Shown: piece after piece, positions 1 through 11,730 of the stretch
How the letters are laid out: every line of letters starts with the position of its first letter
How positions within the stretch are numbered: the stretch's first letter is position 1
Source of the DNA: Auanema rhodensis
Taxonomy: Eukaryota; Animalia; Nematoda
Direction: 5' to 3'
DNA: 64,000 bases
NCBI GenBank assembly: GCA_964057225.1
Contig: OZ059895.1
Coordinates: 11,842,001 to 11,906,000, forward strand
Notes under the pieces: model-generated
The model's input: the letters and a program-made list of their open reading frames with translations, nothing else
What the model was told of the DNA's origin: nothing
Database searches by the model: none
Translations under genes and position numbers: made by a program

Positions 1-19
1 GTTATTTTTTATTTAATTG

Positions 20-688
20 AAATGGTTTCCAATATATTTTAGTTTGTTTCAAAAGATTAGAAAAATACAAAATATTTGAATGTTTCAGTTTTTGAGCATC
101 AATTTTTTTTTAATGTTTAAAAATTTAATATATAAAAATTAAATAATAGTAGAATTATAAAATTGTTTAAAATATATATATAAATAAAAGAGATGAAGTG
201 AAATGGTTTAGAAAATACAAAATATTTAAATGTTTCAGTTTTTGAGCATCACAATATTGAAATTTAAATGTTTTTTAGTGATTGAAAATTTAATAAACGA
301 AATTATGAAAAAGTGATAGAAATTTAAATTTGTTCAAGATATGTGATTAAATAAAAGAGATGAAGTGAAATGGCTTAGAGAATATAAATCTGTTTCATGT
401 TTCAGTTTTTGAGCATCACAATATTGAAATTTAAATGTTTTTTAATGATTAAAAATTTAAAAAATGAAATTATGAAATAGTGGTAGAAATATAAAATTGT
501 TTAAAATAGATGAAGTGAAATGGTTTAGAAAAAACAAAATATTTAAATGTTTCTGTTTTTGCGCATCAAAGTATTTAAATTTAAGTGTAATTTAATGATT
601 AAAAAGTTTAATAAATAAAAATTATAAAGTAGTGGTACAAATTTAAAATCATTTAAAATATGGAATTAAATAAAAGAGATGGAGTGAG
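20..688. repeat. Degenerate AT-rich tandem repeat, ~150-170 bp unit, ~4 copies
   Basis: Motif TTAGAAAATACAAAATATTT(A/G)AATGTTTCAGTTTTTGAGCATC recurs at ~57, ~208, ~376 and ~525; AGATGAAGTGAAATGG also recurs. Confidence 0.75.
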
Positions 689-1512
689 CGATCTAACGAC
701 CACGTTGGTGAACCGACCAGTGCGTTTTATGCGTCGGTGTGACCACTATAATACACACTTTTTATAATGGTTATACGCTTTTATTTTAAATATAAATAAT
801 TTTTGTTTATAACTTTTAATAAATTTACTTTTCTTTAAATTATTTTTATATGCTTTTATTAAAAATGAATGGCATTTGATTTTTAAATATAAAATTTTTT
901 TTTTCAACTTTGAAAAAACTTTTATAAACATTTGTTAATGTTTGAAAATAAATGAAAAGGTCAAGATGGTGTTTTTATATTTTACTAGTTCAAAATGTTT
1001 GAAATATTTATAATTTGTAAGAATTCAAAATTGGTTGAAAAAAAGATATATAGTGAGATAAAATGTAAAGATTTTAAAATGAATGCTGTTCAAAAGAATG
1101 AATATATAAATCTCAAAATACTTGCAATTTGTTTGATAAAAGATATAGATTGAGATGAAATGTAAAGATGAGAGAGAGAGAATTTTATGAATGCAATTGA
1201 AAAAGAGAAATAAATTTCAAAATGTTTTCAAAATATGCAATTGGAGCAAGAGAAAATTTCATGTTTCAAAAGATATATTATGAAATAATATGTAAATAAA
1301 AGATCGCACCTCTATTTTACAGACATCATTGAATGTCGCTCCATATCCGACTTGCCCTCCACTGGTTGATGGGGTAGCGGGATCCCATTCGCTTAAAAAG
1401 AAAAAACTAAATGTTATAATTTTTAATATAGCTTACTCATCACTGTCATCCAAGGTTATTACTTCAATAACCCTTGATGATGAGGGCCCACTGTTAAAAG
1501 TGGGTGATGTGG

Positions 1513-3124
1513 GTGGCCATAAATTCTCGGCACCCCCCAAAATTTTCAATTTTTTTATTTTAAAAAAAGTTTTTCTGTTTTTCACAATTATTCGAGTATA
1601 ATCTACTTTATTTAACTGTTTTGAACTTTATTCTCTAACTTCAAAAGGTTTTCCCCACGTTTTAAGTCCAAAATTTTTATTAGAATGATTTATGGAGCAT
1701 GAACAGATAACCAAAAAATTTTAAAATTTCAAAAAATCATAAAAAATAATTTCCGAACAAAAATAAAAAAATTATTCGTAAAAACAATACTTTGAACTAT
1801 CGAGAAACTAAAAAAAATACTTAATATCGTGTGGCGTGTCCTCTAGCTTCGATAACCGCTTTGCATCTTCGTGGCATTGATGCAACTAGTTTTTCCAGAA
1901 GTCTTCGTGGCAATTTCTTCCAGGTTTCCCTCAGGATCTTCATTTTTTTATCCGGTTTCTTGCAGTTTGTTTTTCTGACCCTCCACTTCAATATCGACCA
2001 CAAATTTTCAATCGGGTTGAGGTCAGGGCTCTGTGGAGGCCACTTCATCAGCGTCACCCCGTTACTAGCCATCCACTCCTTGGCACCACGTGACGTGTGT
2101 TTTGGGTCGTTATCCTGCTGATAGATGAAGCCTCTACAAAGTTTTGAGCAAGCGTATGGATACATTACATTCTCCAGAATGTTTCTGTACCCATATTGAT
2201 CCATGGTTCTTTCAATTTGGTGCAAGGGACCAACTTCAGATGACGTGAAGGCTCCCCACACCATCACTAAGCCTCCACCAAACTTGGTGGTGCCAGTCGT
2301 GTATCTTCTATGGTACCTGAAGCCAGTGGGACGTCTGACTCTCCTAGCTCCACCATTCCAAGCCAACATGAACTTGCATTCATCCGTCCAGATGCATTTC
2401 TTCCATTGCTCCTGGGTCCAGTTCACGTGCTCCTTAGCGAATTCCAGACGCTTTTTGACGTTCCTCTTGGAAAGTAGAGGTTTTTTGGCCGAGTAGTGGG
2501 AACGTAACCCTTGTGCCAACAACCTGGTACGAATTGTCCTAGCGGAGCAAACGTTGGGCTTCAGCAACTTCAGCTCTTCACGGATTTCCTGAGACGTCGT
2601 GAAGGGATTAATGACAGCCAACCTTCGTATCACTCTGTCTTCTCGTTCTGTGATAGATCTTGGTCTTTCTTGATTCTGCAGTCTTTCGTCATCTCCAGAA
2701 TGTCCTTTCCTGACGATATCTCCTACTGTAGACCTTGGGACACCCAGAAGACGTCCAACAGCAACTTGGGTGATGCCAGATGCATGTGCTTGTAGAACTG
2801 ATTTTCTTAGATCTTCAGAAACAAAAAAACCCCTTGTCATGTTCTAAAATGATAAAGTAAGGTTTTGTCTACAATTCAGCTAAATAATTATCAAAGTTCA
2901 TGCTCCCTAACTCAAGATATAAATATGTAAATTTAGTCCAAATATGAACGTCAGATATTTTTTCATAACTTTCTTCCCATCGATACTTTGACATTGAAAC
3001 TGAAAATTCTAGAAGCCTGAACTATTACAAACTACATTATCCTGAAAATTAAATTTTAAATATTTTTTTTTATTTTTAAAATTTTTTTTCGTCGAGGCAC
3101 CACCTGCCGAGAATTTATGGCCAC
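1513..3124 (-). mobile_element. Tc1-family DNA transposon
   Basis: Perfect 20-bp inverted repeat GTGGCCATAAATTCTCGGCA (1513-1532 / 3105-3124) flanks a transposase ORF; the outer CAGT and TA TSD are not visible. Confidence 0.88.
1821..2840 (-). CDS. Tc1-like transposase, DD34E, intact 339 aa
   Basis: N-terminal HTH region, WTDE, QQDNDPKH, SPDLNPIENLW; 34 residues between the second D and E; C-terminal GHATRY. Confidence 0.95.
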   Translation of the reverse strand: MTRGFFVSEDLRKSVLQAHASGITQVAVGRLLGVPRSTVGDIVRKGHSGDDERLQNQERPRSITEREDRVIRRLAVINPFTTSQEIREELKLLKPNVCSARTIRTRLLAQGLRSHYSAKKPLLSKRNVKKRLEFAKEHVNWTQEQWKKCIWTDECKFMLAWNGGARRVRRPTGFRYHRRYTTGTTKFGGGLVMVWGAFTSSEVGPLHQIERTMDQYGYRNILENVMYPYACSKLCRGFIYQQDNDPKHTSRGAKEWMASNGVTLMKWPPQSPDLNPIENLWSILKWRVRKTNCKKPDKKMKILRETWKKLPRRLLEKLVASMPRRCKAVIEARGHATRY

Positions 3125-3647
3125 GAGATTCAAAATATTGTTAAATTACCTAAGTTGATTGATTTCTTCATAATCAAATCCTAGCTCTTCACATAAACGC
3201 TTATAACTAAAAAAAAAAATTTACAAACAAATAATCAAAAAGACACAACCTATTAGCAGCCATTGTACCTTGATATAATGAATACATCAGTCTACACATT
3301 GCTGTTGACATTGTAATTTGTTATGTAACATGGATTTGGGTACAGCTATCAAAACTAGCAGTTGCGATAAACTTTAAAATAAATAAGCATATTGAATACA
3401 TGTTTTTATTGTCCCCGTCGGATTAATTTTTGTTATTAGTTCTTATTAAATTAACTTTATGCGTTTCATTGAGGTCAGCTGTTTGTTAATCTCGTCGTAT
3501 TTACCTTCAATGTGTGTTCTATTTAGTTATTGTATTGTTAGTAAAATAAAGTTTAAAACTAATCTTTTCTTTTAATTTGAAACTTTTACTTGTTAGAATA
3601 AATATAATTAATAACAATTTGTAATTTCAAAAATTAATAATTTAATG

Positions 3648-3856
3648 TCGTTCTTATCGAATTAACTTTCGATATGTGTTTCATTAAATTTTGTATTTCA
3701 TATCATTCTTATCGAATTAACCTTCGATATGTGTTCCATCGAATTTTGTATTTCATATCGTTCTTATCGAATTAACTTTTGATATGTGTTCCATTAAACT
3801 TTGGTATTTCATATCGTTCTCATCGAATTAACTTTCGATATGTGTTCCATTGAATT
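3648..3856. repeat. Minisatellite, 55-56 bp unit, ~3.8 copies
   Basis: TCGTTCTTATCGAATTAACTTTCGATATGTGTTCCATT... units start at 3648, 3703, 3758 and 3814. Confidence 0.9.
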
Positions 3857-4189
3857 ACCCATAACAAGTACGGTGAACAAAACGATATACATGCAAAAAT
3901 TTTATTGTTCTTTAAAATACAAATAAAATAGTACAAACACAATACAATAAAAAATAAACAAAATAAGTAAACAAACATTATTAATAAATATAATAAATAA
4001 ATAAAATTTAAAAACAAATTTATATATTTAAAATTTAAAATTTTTATTTTTACTTAATATATTTAAAAATAATTGAAACATATACATACATTTGAAAAAA
4101 CAAATTTAAAATTTGATTTTAAAAAAAATCATGCTTTAAATCATGATTTTGAATTTGAAAAAGGAAAATCCATGAACCATGATCCCAAA

Positions 4190-4298
4190 ATATGATTTTA
4201 ACAGCTGACGCTCAAAAATATGTTTTTGACAGCTGACGCGCCCCAAAAGTATGTTTTTAGCAGCTGACGCCCCCAAAAGTATGTTTTTAACAGCTGTT
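4190..4298. repeat. Short tandem repeat, ~28-31 bp, 4 copies, each containing CAGCTG
   Basis: ATGTTTTT(AA)CAGCTGACGC...AAAAGT repeated, followed by a G-run. Confidence 0.8.
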
Positions 4299-4433
4299 TG
4301 GGGGGGGGGTAGTTAGTAAATTTTGCACGGCTCTCTACTGCTATGTATGCTTTTTAATAGTTTTGTTTTTAGTTCTGTGCATAGTTGGTTTTTATTTTCA
4401 ATCTTCAATTAGTTGAGGTTTTGAACACATTTG

Positions 4434-5892
4434 TGATCAGCATGTTAATGAAGTAAGACTGATTAATCAAATACTGCAAAGACCCGTATTAAAAACTCCA
4501 ACCTTTGACGGTACTCCGGAAGAATTCCATTTATTCTGGGATATATTTATTGATAACTTATAACTTTATTTATTGATAACAATGAATCTTTCTCTATAAG
4601 TGAAAAGGTGAACTTCCTATGTGAGTCCTTATCAGGTGAAGCCGAATATCTTCTTAGGGGAATTCCTGGTACCGAAGAAAACTATGAGTTCATGAAAAAT
4701 GGTTTGAAGGAAGAATATCCCTCACACGCTGTTGATACAGCAACGCTGATCAACACGTTGAATAAGGTGCCAAAAGCGTCAAGACGAGCCGAAAGTTGTG
4801 CTCAAACGCTAAGAGAGATAAAAGCTCTACTGCGACAAATTCAAGCGGCGGGAGGATCTTTAACTAAAGAGCTTCATGGTGCTACCGTACTCAATAAATT
4901 TCCATTTGAAATAATCAAAGATATTCACATCAAACAAAATTTTGAATGGTCCCACGAGAAAATCATTGAACATATTTCGGTAAAACTACTACTGATGACT
5001 GAAAACACTGAATCACTGTATCTCACTAACAATGAAAAAAGTAAAAATCCAGATGGTGATCAAACTAAAAAACAATTTCGATTGAATGAAGTTAAAGATT
5101 TGAAACAAAGAAGGAATTGCGTTTTTTGCGCGAATAATTCACACAATAGCCATATGTGTCCTGTTGAAACAACGGAAAAAAGGAAAATTTTAAGAGAAAA
5201 AAGGCTATGTTATGTATGCTTTGCAGACAATCATCAAAGCAAAAACTGCACATGGCCAAAGTTTGAATGCAACAGCTGTCATGATGATCACAACATTTCA
5301 GTTTGTTACCAAAATAAAAGAAATCAGAATAGAAATGGAGTCATCACCAACATTTCTTTACAAAGGGGTAATGATGAAGAAAAGACTAGAAATAATCAAA
5401 CAATCGTTCCCAAGAAAGCACATGAAGAACCCACAAGTTTAACCACAATTGTTGGTAATCATGACGTAGAAAAAGGACAAATAATTTTACGAACAGCAAA
5501 AGCAAATTTGTTCAATTACAATAGCGATAGCTATGAAAAAGTTAACATTATTTTTGATGATTGTTCTCAACGTTCTTTTATCAGAGAAGATCTAGCAAAA
5601 ATGATGAAACTACCAGTTAAATCCAAACAAAGAAAATGGTATTGGAGGAATGAAACATTCTCATGTTTCAAGTATAGTTAACACAATATTCTATACAAAT
5701 AAAATTTAATTGTAACTGAAATGCTCACTAAACCAAAAATCAGTTCCCACATATATAGTCCTTATTTTTCAAGAAAAGATTTGAGTTTCATTAAAGAAAA
5801 CAATATTGTATTAGCCAATACCGATACAAATGGGAAGTTTTTGAACCGGATGTTTTAATTGGACAAGATAGATAAAAATTGTTTGTAAAAGA
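4434..5892 (+). pseudogene. BEL gag-protease remnant
   Basis: CVFCANNSHNSHMC, CYVCFADNHQSKNC and CNSCHDDHNISVC knuckles; IIFDDCSQRSFI protease-like motif; frameshifts after ~5635; deletion at ~5892. Confidence 0.88.
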
Positions 5893-7346
5893 CCCCTTTA
5901 AGAATCGTGTTTGATGCTTCAGCAAAACAAAAAAAAAGTCCATCGTTGAACCAAGTTATGCAATCAGGCCAAACATTTATTCACAAAATACATGATATAT
6001 TAATAAAATGTAGAAAAAGTCCAATAATGATAACCTGCGACATTGAGTCAGCATTTTTACAAATAAGTATTGAAGAAGAGCACAGAAAATATTGTAAATT
6101 TTTCTGGATTAGAAACAAAAATGAATCGCTAAATAAATATAACGTCATGACATACCAATTCAAACGGCTACCATTTGGTATAACAGCGTCCCCGGGTATA
6201 TTAAGCATGAGCTTAGCTTGGTACCTAAATAATCATACCGACTCTTACGCTAGTCACTTGCTCGATTCTTTCTATGTTGACAATATAATTTTATATGCAA
6301 ACAGTGTTGAAGAAGCTAAGATAAAATGCGAAAAAGCCAAGAAAATCTTACAAGGCATTTCTATGAATTTAAGAGAATTTATGAGCAACAATCCAAAAGT
6401 TACTGAAGATATGAACAATGAAGACAAATACCCACATAATACTACCAAAATTTTGGGTTTAAATTATGATACAAAATTGAATTTATTCGTTCTTATACTT
6501 AAATTAAAAAACTTTGAAATCAACACGCACAGGAACATGTTAAGTCAAATACATTCAATATTTGATTCATTAGGTATGGCAAGCCCATTGATTTTACCAT
6601 TAAAAATACTACTAAGAGAATCAAGTGATCAATTCAAGGGTTGGAATGTAGAATTACCCAAAGAAATAACACATAATTGGAATTTAGCCATAAATGAATT
6701 ATTAAATGAAAAGAAATTGAGACTTGAAAGAAAGTTAAACCTGAATGACTCTATATTATGGGTATTTACTGATGCTAGTAAACTAGCTATTGCTGCCTGC
6801 ACATACATTGAAACCAATGGTAAAATAAGCCAACTTGTAAGCGGAAAGTCGAAAATTGCAAAGAAGGGAAATCTGACTATCCCAAGACTAGAACTGATTG
6901 CCATACTATTAGGTATTATGTTAGCTGATAATGTCACATCTACAACCAATCATCTTAAAACTGTACACGTAGCCAGTGACAGTAAGGTAGCTTTACATTG
7001 GATAGCTAACCATCAGAAAACTTTACCACCATATGTAGGCTGTCGCGTCGACAATGTAAGGAAGTATATAGATAAATTGAAGGAAAATAACATTAAAATC
7101 AAACTTTTTCATGTTCAGCCGATATTGGTTCTCGAGGAGCTTGTCTGCAAGAACTAAGTGATTCTATGTGGATTAAAGAACCACAATGGTTAACCCAAAC
7201 AAAATCACACATTGAAGAAATTGAATATGAGCCCATTTGGAATATAACAACCTTGATCGATACCGTTGAACAACAACAAGTAACACAAATACCAGTTGAA
7301 GATATATTTAAATTACGTAGCAACAACTATACCTTACTGAAAACTA
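5893..7346 (+). pseudogene. BEL reverse transcriptase / RNase H
   Basis: RIVFDAS, CDIESAFLQI, RLPFGITASP, FYVDN, VFTDAS, TIPRLEL, SDSKVALHW; cut by the nested insertion at 7347. Confidence 0.92.
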
Positions 7347-8192
7347 TGTCACATCTGCAAGCTAACAGATTACTGAATTTAAATTCCTATATCAATCTTA
7401 AATTACCTTCTAAATCTTTTGAAATTAAATTAAAAATTATCTTAATTAAGATTTATTTTGAAATTCTTTCTACAAATCTTAATAAACTTTATAAAATTGA
7501 ACTTAATATACGAGATGAGACATTTTTGTTTACTTTAAGCTTACTCACATTCAAATAGTTGGCCCACGCGTACCAGCTGTTCGACATGTGTAGTCAATAA
7601 CAGCTGTTAAAATTCAAAAGTTTTCAAACAGGCTTAAGGCACCATCTGTGATTCCTTATTTGTCTCTAAGCTGACATTAGTGATTATAATATTCAAATAT
7701 CACGACAGACGGTCAATGGTTGTTTACCATAAGCGCTAACATCTGGTGTCGTGACACATGGCTGGAGGCGGAGCTTGAAGCTTCAACGATCCTCCTTCAT
7801 CAGACGCCATTGTCACAAACGTGTTTACTGGAGTCTAGTTGCTTCTAGTACGCGCTCTTATATTCATCTAACTGTATTCACCAGCCACCCTGTCGGACTC
7901 GGACATCAGCGAGGAAAACAAAGATCAGGAACAAGGATCACCAGAGGTACGCCAAGTTTTTGAATTTAATTCTAAAAACTTAAATACTCCATCCACCCAC
8001 CTCTCTCCTTTTGAATTTTTGAGAGAAGAAGGTGATTCCTCTTCTTCTTCTCACTCTTCTTCTCTAACAATTAGAACGAGAAGTGAAAGCAGAAAGGCCA
8101 TCACTGAGGAAACACCTCGGGCACCTATTACAGTACGAAATAGATCACCAAGTCGGTGGGCCGCTGCTATAACTAAAGCTTTTGAAAGAAAA

Positions 8193-9155
8193 ATGACTCC
8201 TACCTCTCCATCTCCTAATTCTAATGTTGCTCCCCCCTCTAGAAATATGGCAACTATTTTGAATTGCCATCTCTGTCCCAGGTATGACGGCTCTCGTAGC
8301 TTTCGTTCTTTTGTTGAATCTTTAAATAGATTTTTTAATGTTATGAATCTAAGCTTACCTGAGAGACTATTAATTTTACCTCTTCTTTTGGAATCAAATG
8401 AAACAGCTCTCTCCTTGTATAATAGTATTCCTAGTGGCATAAGAACTAATGGCCCATGGATTGTTTTGATGGATCAGCTCACTGAGCTTTTAGCGCCTAA
8501 AACAGATAAAAATTTCACCATAGCGCTTATTCATCGAGTACAACAAGGAGATAAATCTGTTCTTGATTTTAGTATGGAATTAGAGAGAATGGCAAGCACC
8601 ATAATGTCACCAATGGATTCCGAGCGGGAACCAATGTTGAAAACGGCATTTTTAAATGGTTTACAAGAGGAACTGGGTATTGCGGTTTTAACTAAAAACC
8701 CCGCCACTTATAAACAAGCTAAGAAATTAGCTAGGTTTGAAGAAGACGTTCGAAATAGCTTCATGAAAAAAAATGAAGACACCAGCACCTTGAAGGAGCT
8801 CATAAATGCTTTACAGCATAAATTAAGCTTTAGTGAAGAAAGAGAAAGAAGTAGGAATAATAATAATAATAAAAATTATAAAAATTATAAAAAAAATAAT
8901 AACTGGACTCAGCACAATAATGGCTCTAATGATTATGAGCGAGAGAGAGAGCGACCTTCTGCCGTACGTTATAATAATAATAACTCGCAGAACGGGAATA
9001 TGAATAGGCGTCCTAACCCGGCAAACCGCCCATTTGCCAATGGCAGAAATGCCAATAGCTCGTCTTGGAACCCTAGGCCTAGTTCCCCAAGAAGACAAAG
9101 ACCATCAGCCAATGGGAATGGTAACTCAAGGGTATACAGCGTAGCGACCCCATTC
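8193..9155 (+). CDS. Gypsy Gag (capsid-like domain plus Asn/Arg-rich basic tail, no CCHC), continuing in frame into env
   Basis: PRYDGSRSFRSF..., QQGDKSVLDFSMEL, FLNGLQEEL retrotransposon-gag motifs; first in-frame ATG at 8193 (frame open from 8019). Confidence 0.85.
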
Positions 9156-11730
9156 ATGCCACCGGTCACGTTGTGCCTGACTTTATTGGCACTCTCATGC
9201 CTTCCCTTTGGGTCGGCAAAATATCAGATTTGCGCTCAATCTGAAGGGGGTATATTAGTAACACCTCCTGTGGTCACAGGCTGCCATAAGGCAGAAATTG
9301 AAAAGGCTCACAGTGTTGAGGTAGAAATATATCTACCAAAGGCTGAGATAGAGTCATGGGAAGCATGGAAATGCTATGTGAAAAAGTATAAAAGCTGTGT
9401 GAGAGATTTCATGTTTTTGAGAGATCGTAACACCACATTCTCTCATATTGAAACAGTAGATAAGAAAGATTGTGTTCGAGCGCATAGAAATCGTATGTGG
9501 AATGATAAAATCATGAAAATACTGATAATTGTAAAGGAAATGAAGGGTTTTGTGCAACTGGTGAAGGTGCAGTTATCTGGCAACCACCTATCCCATCAGT
9601 TGTCTGTCACTATCAAAAACTTGGCCCCTTCTCCGCCATGTTGGGTGATCATATTCTTCTAGTTCACTCTATTGAAAGCGCTTTTGTTTTCCAAAATCAT
9701 TCCACATCCGCTCACGTTCAATCTTGTTTCGAATTCGCTGTTTTTGAATCATCTTCTGAGGCAATTATCCGATTCACAGCATATCCCCGTGTTTATAATT
9801 TGCTTGATCTTTCCAATACTTTGCTTAATGCTGATAGACGCAGAAATAAAAGTAATGCATTACCTCAAAAACATCGCTCTTTCAGTGATGATTATCTTTT
9901 TGTTAATGCGAAATCCCAACCATATGCGTTTCCATTTCTAAGACCTACTTTCATTTTTGGATCTGCATCTATCACTAAGTTTTACGCAAAATATATGAGA
10001 TATGCAGCTACATCATCTTATGAGAGTTTGCTCCAATTCGCGATAGATAATCCACTGTTCATTGACACAATTGTTAGTTTAGGATTGACAAAAGATCACA
10101 TAACTAACTGGGCAAAGTCTAATAATTTCAAAGATCCCAATCTTTTGATTTTACAATGTATGGGTATAGAGGAAATTAAACTGGCTACTAGACAGGTGAT
10201 TAATAGCATGAAATTGGATGATCTTATCACTCAAGTAGCTCGTCGTATAGAAGTTCCTCGGTTAAAAAGATCTTTGATGAAATCTACAACATCCATAGAA
10301 GATTTCTTTCGAGGAATGGCTCACGCAGTAGTATATCAAGCCACAATTCTTGATGGTACACAAACAGTTCCATCAATCGAACAGTTGGCAAGAGCCTTAT
10401 ATCCATCTATATTACCACGCAGTGGAAATATGAATCAATCTGAAATTATTGCAACTGCTCAAGGCATGTTATTCATGATCCAACAACAATCGGGAAAAGA
10501 ACAAATATCTCGTGACATGCAAGTCAGTCGACAACAAAAAGCTGATGCTACTGTTAGAAACAACCAAGAGCAAGATTTAACAATTATATCCAAGCTGCCT
10601 GACTATCACAACCTTTATACAAAGAATAGTACAGCATATTATGGATTTCCTCCACAGTCCATCGAATACCCACAGGAAAATCCTAAATTCAATAAAACAG
10701 AAGTTTTAGAATTCATAAGTTGGGTTAAAACTCAAATCACAACTGATAAAAATATGGTACAGCATACTACTGTAACCCCAATAACTTCCACCAAAACTAC
10801 AATTCGTAGTTTAACAACTCCTACCCCTAATGCTTACGAGACAGGTCGAGAGTTGTATGTAGCAGAAGTATATGACAATGTTCTCCACAAATCAGAGCAT
10901 AAAACTAAAACGATAATAGATAATAAGTTGAATTATGGGTTTGAGAAAGCGCGTCTCTCCATAATTGACGAATTTCATCAACAGTTTCATACCATCTGTA
11001 AATCTCAAATGGAAACTGTAAAAAGCTGGCAAGCTATATTACGTATACATCCTACAATAGGAGTAAGAGCTATGCTTCAGCGGAATGATATCGTTGCCCG
11101 ATTTGTTGGAAGAAATGTTTTAAAAATAACAACTTGTCAGGAAATAGAACCACATTTCATTTATCGTAATCATTCTTACAATGATAAATGTTATGCAGAG
11201 ACCCCTGTTTTAACACACGATAAACAATTATTCTTTGCTCCTATCGATAGCTACGATTTGAGCACTGAAGGACATGAGATCAATTGTGAACACAAAGAGA
11301 CAGAAATTTGGTATGAAAATGGAACATGGAGAGATTATAAAGGTGACACACATAAAGTAGATAGTATTCATTCAGAAAAACATGATCATTATGCTGAATT
11401 GAGTAAACTTCGATTCACAGGGCGGAATTTGTTTGAAAATTCGACTGAAAAATCCTTAGCCCTATCTATTGGATTAACTTATGGTTATAGTTTATCTACT
11501 TCACCTCACCATGATCTTCTCCGCGTAATTTCTCGTTCACGTGATTGGCCTCAAATTTCCTCTTTCATCTTCAAAGGAAGTAAACTTATAAGAGATGCCA
11601 GGAAAATTGTTTTCTCCAATTGGGATCTGTTCATTGACTTTTGTATAGGTTCAATTGAACGAACACTCATTACCATCGGTTGTATAACTCTAGTATTATG
11701 TCTAATGATATCATTATATTTCACTATAAA
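9156..11730 (+). CDS. Envelope glycoprotein, class III fusion (herpes gB / chuvirus G-like), frameshifted at ~9515
   Basis: Signal peptide MPPVTLCLTLLALSCLPFGSA; Cys pattern WKC..C..DCVRAH; CKGNEGFC..VIW..CHY in the second frame; WQAILRIHPTIGVRAMLQRNDIVARFVGRNVLKITTC..KCYAETPV resembles the gB core; N-glycan sequons; RLKR; TM at ~11666-11728. Confidence 0.8.

Noticed and set aside
746-931. Short AT-rich ORFs and antisense ORFs overlapping transposase, pol and env (e.g. 1831-2795, 3820-4017, 8051-8440, 12133-13053)
   Set aside because: Low-complexity or shadow frames of real coding regions, with no motifs
7736-7762. TAACA-TC-TGGTGTC as the 5' LTR end plus PBS of the nested element
   Set aside because: The upstream sequence does not match the 3' LTR, and I cannot match more than a few bases to a tRNA 3' end
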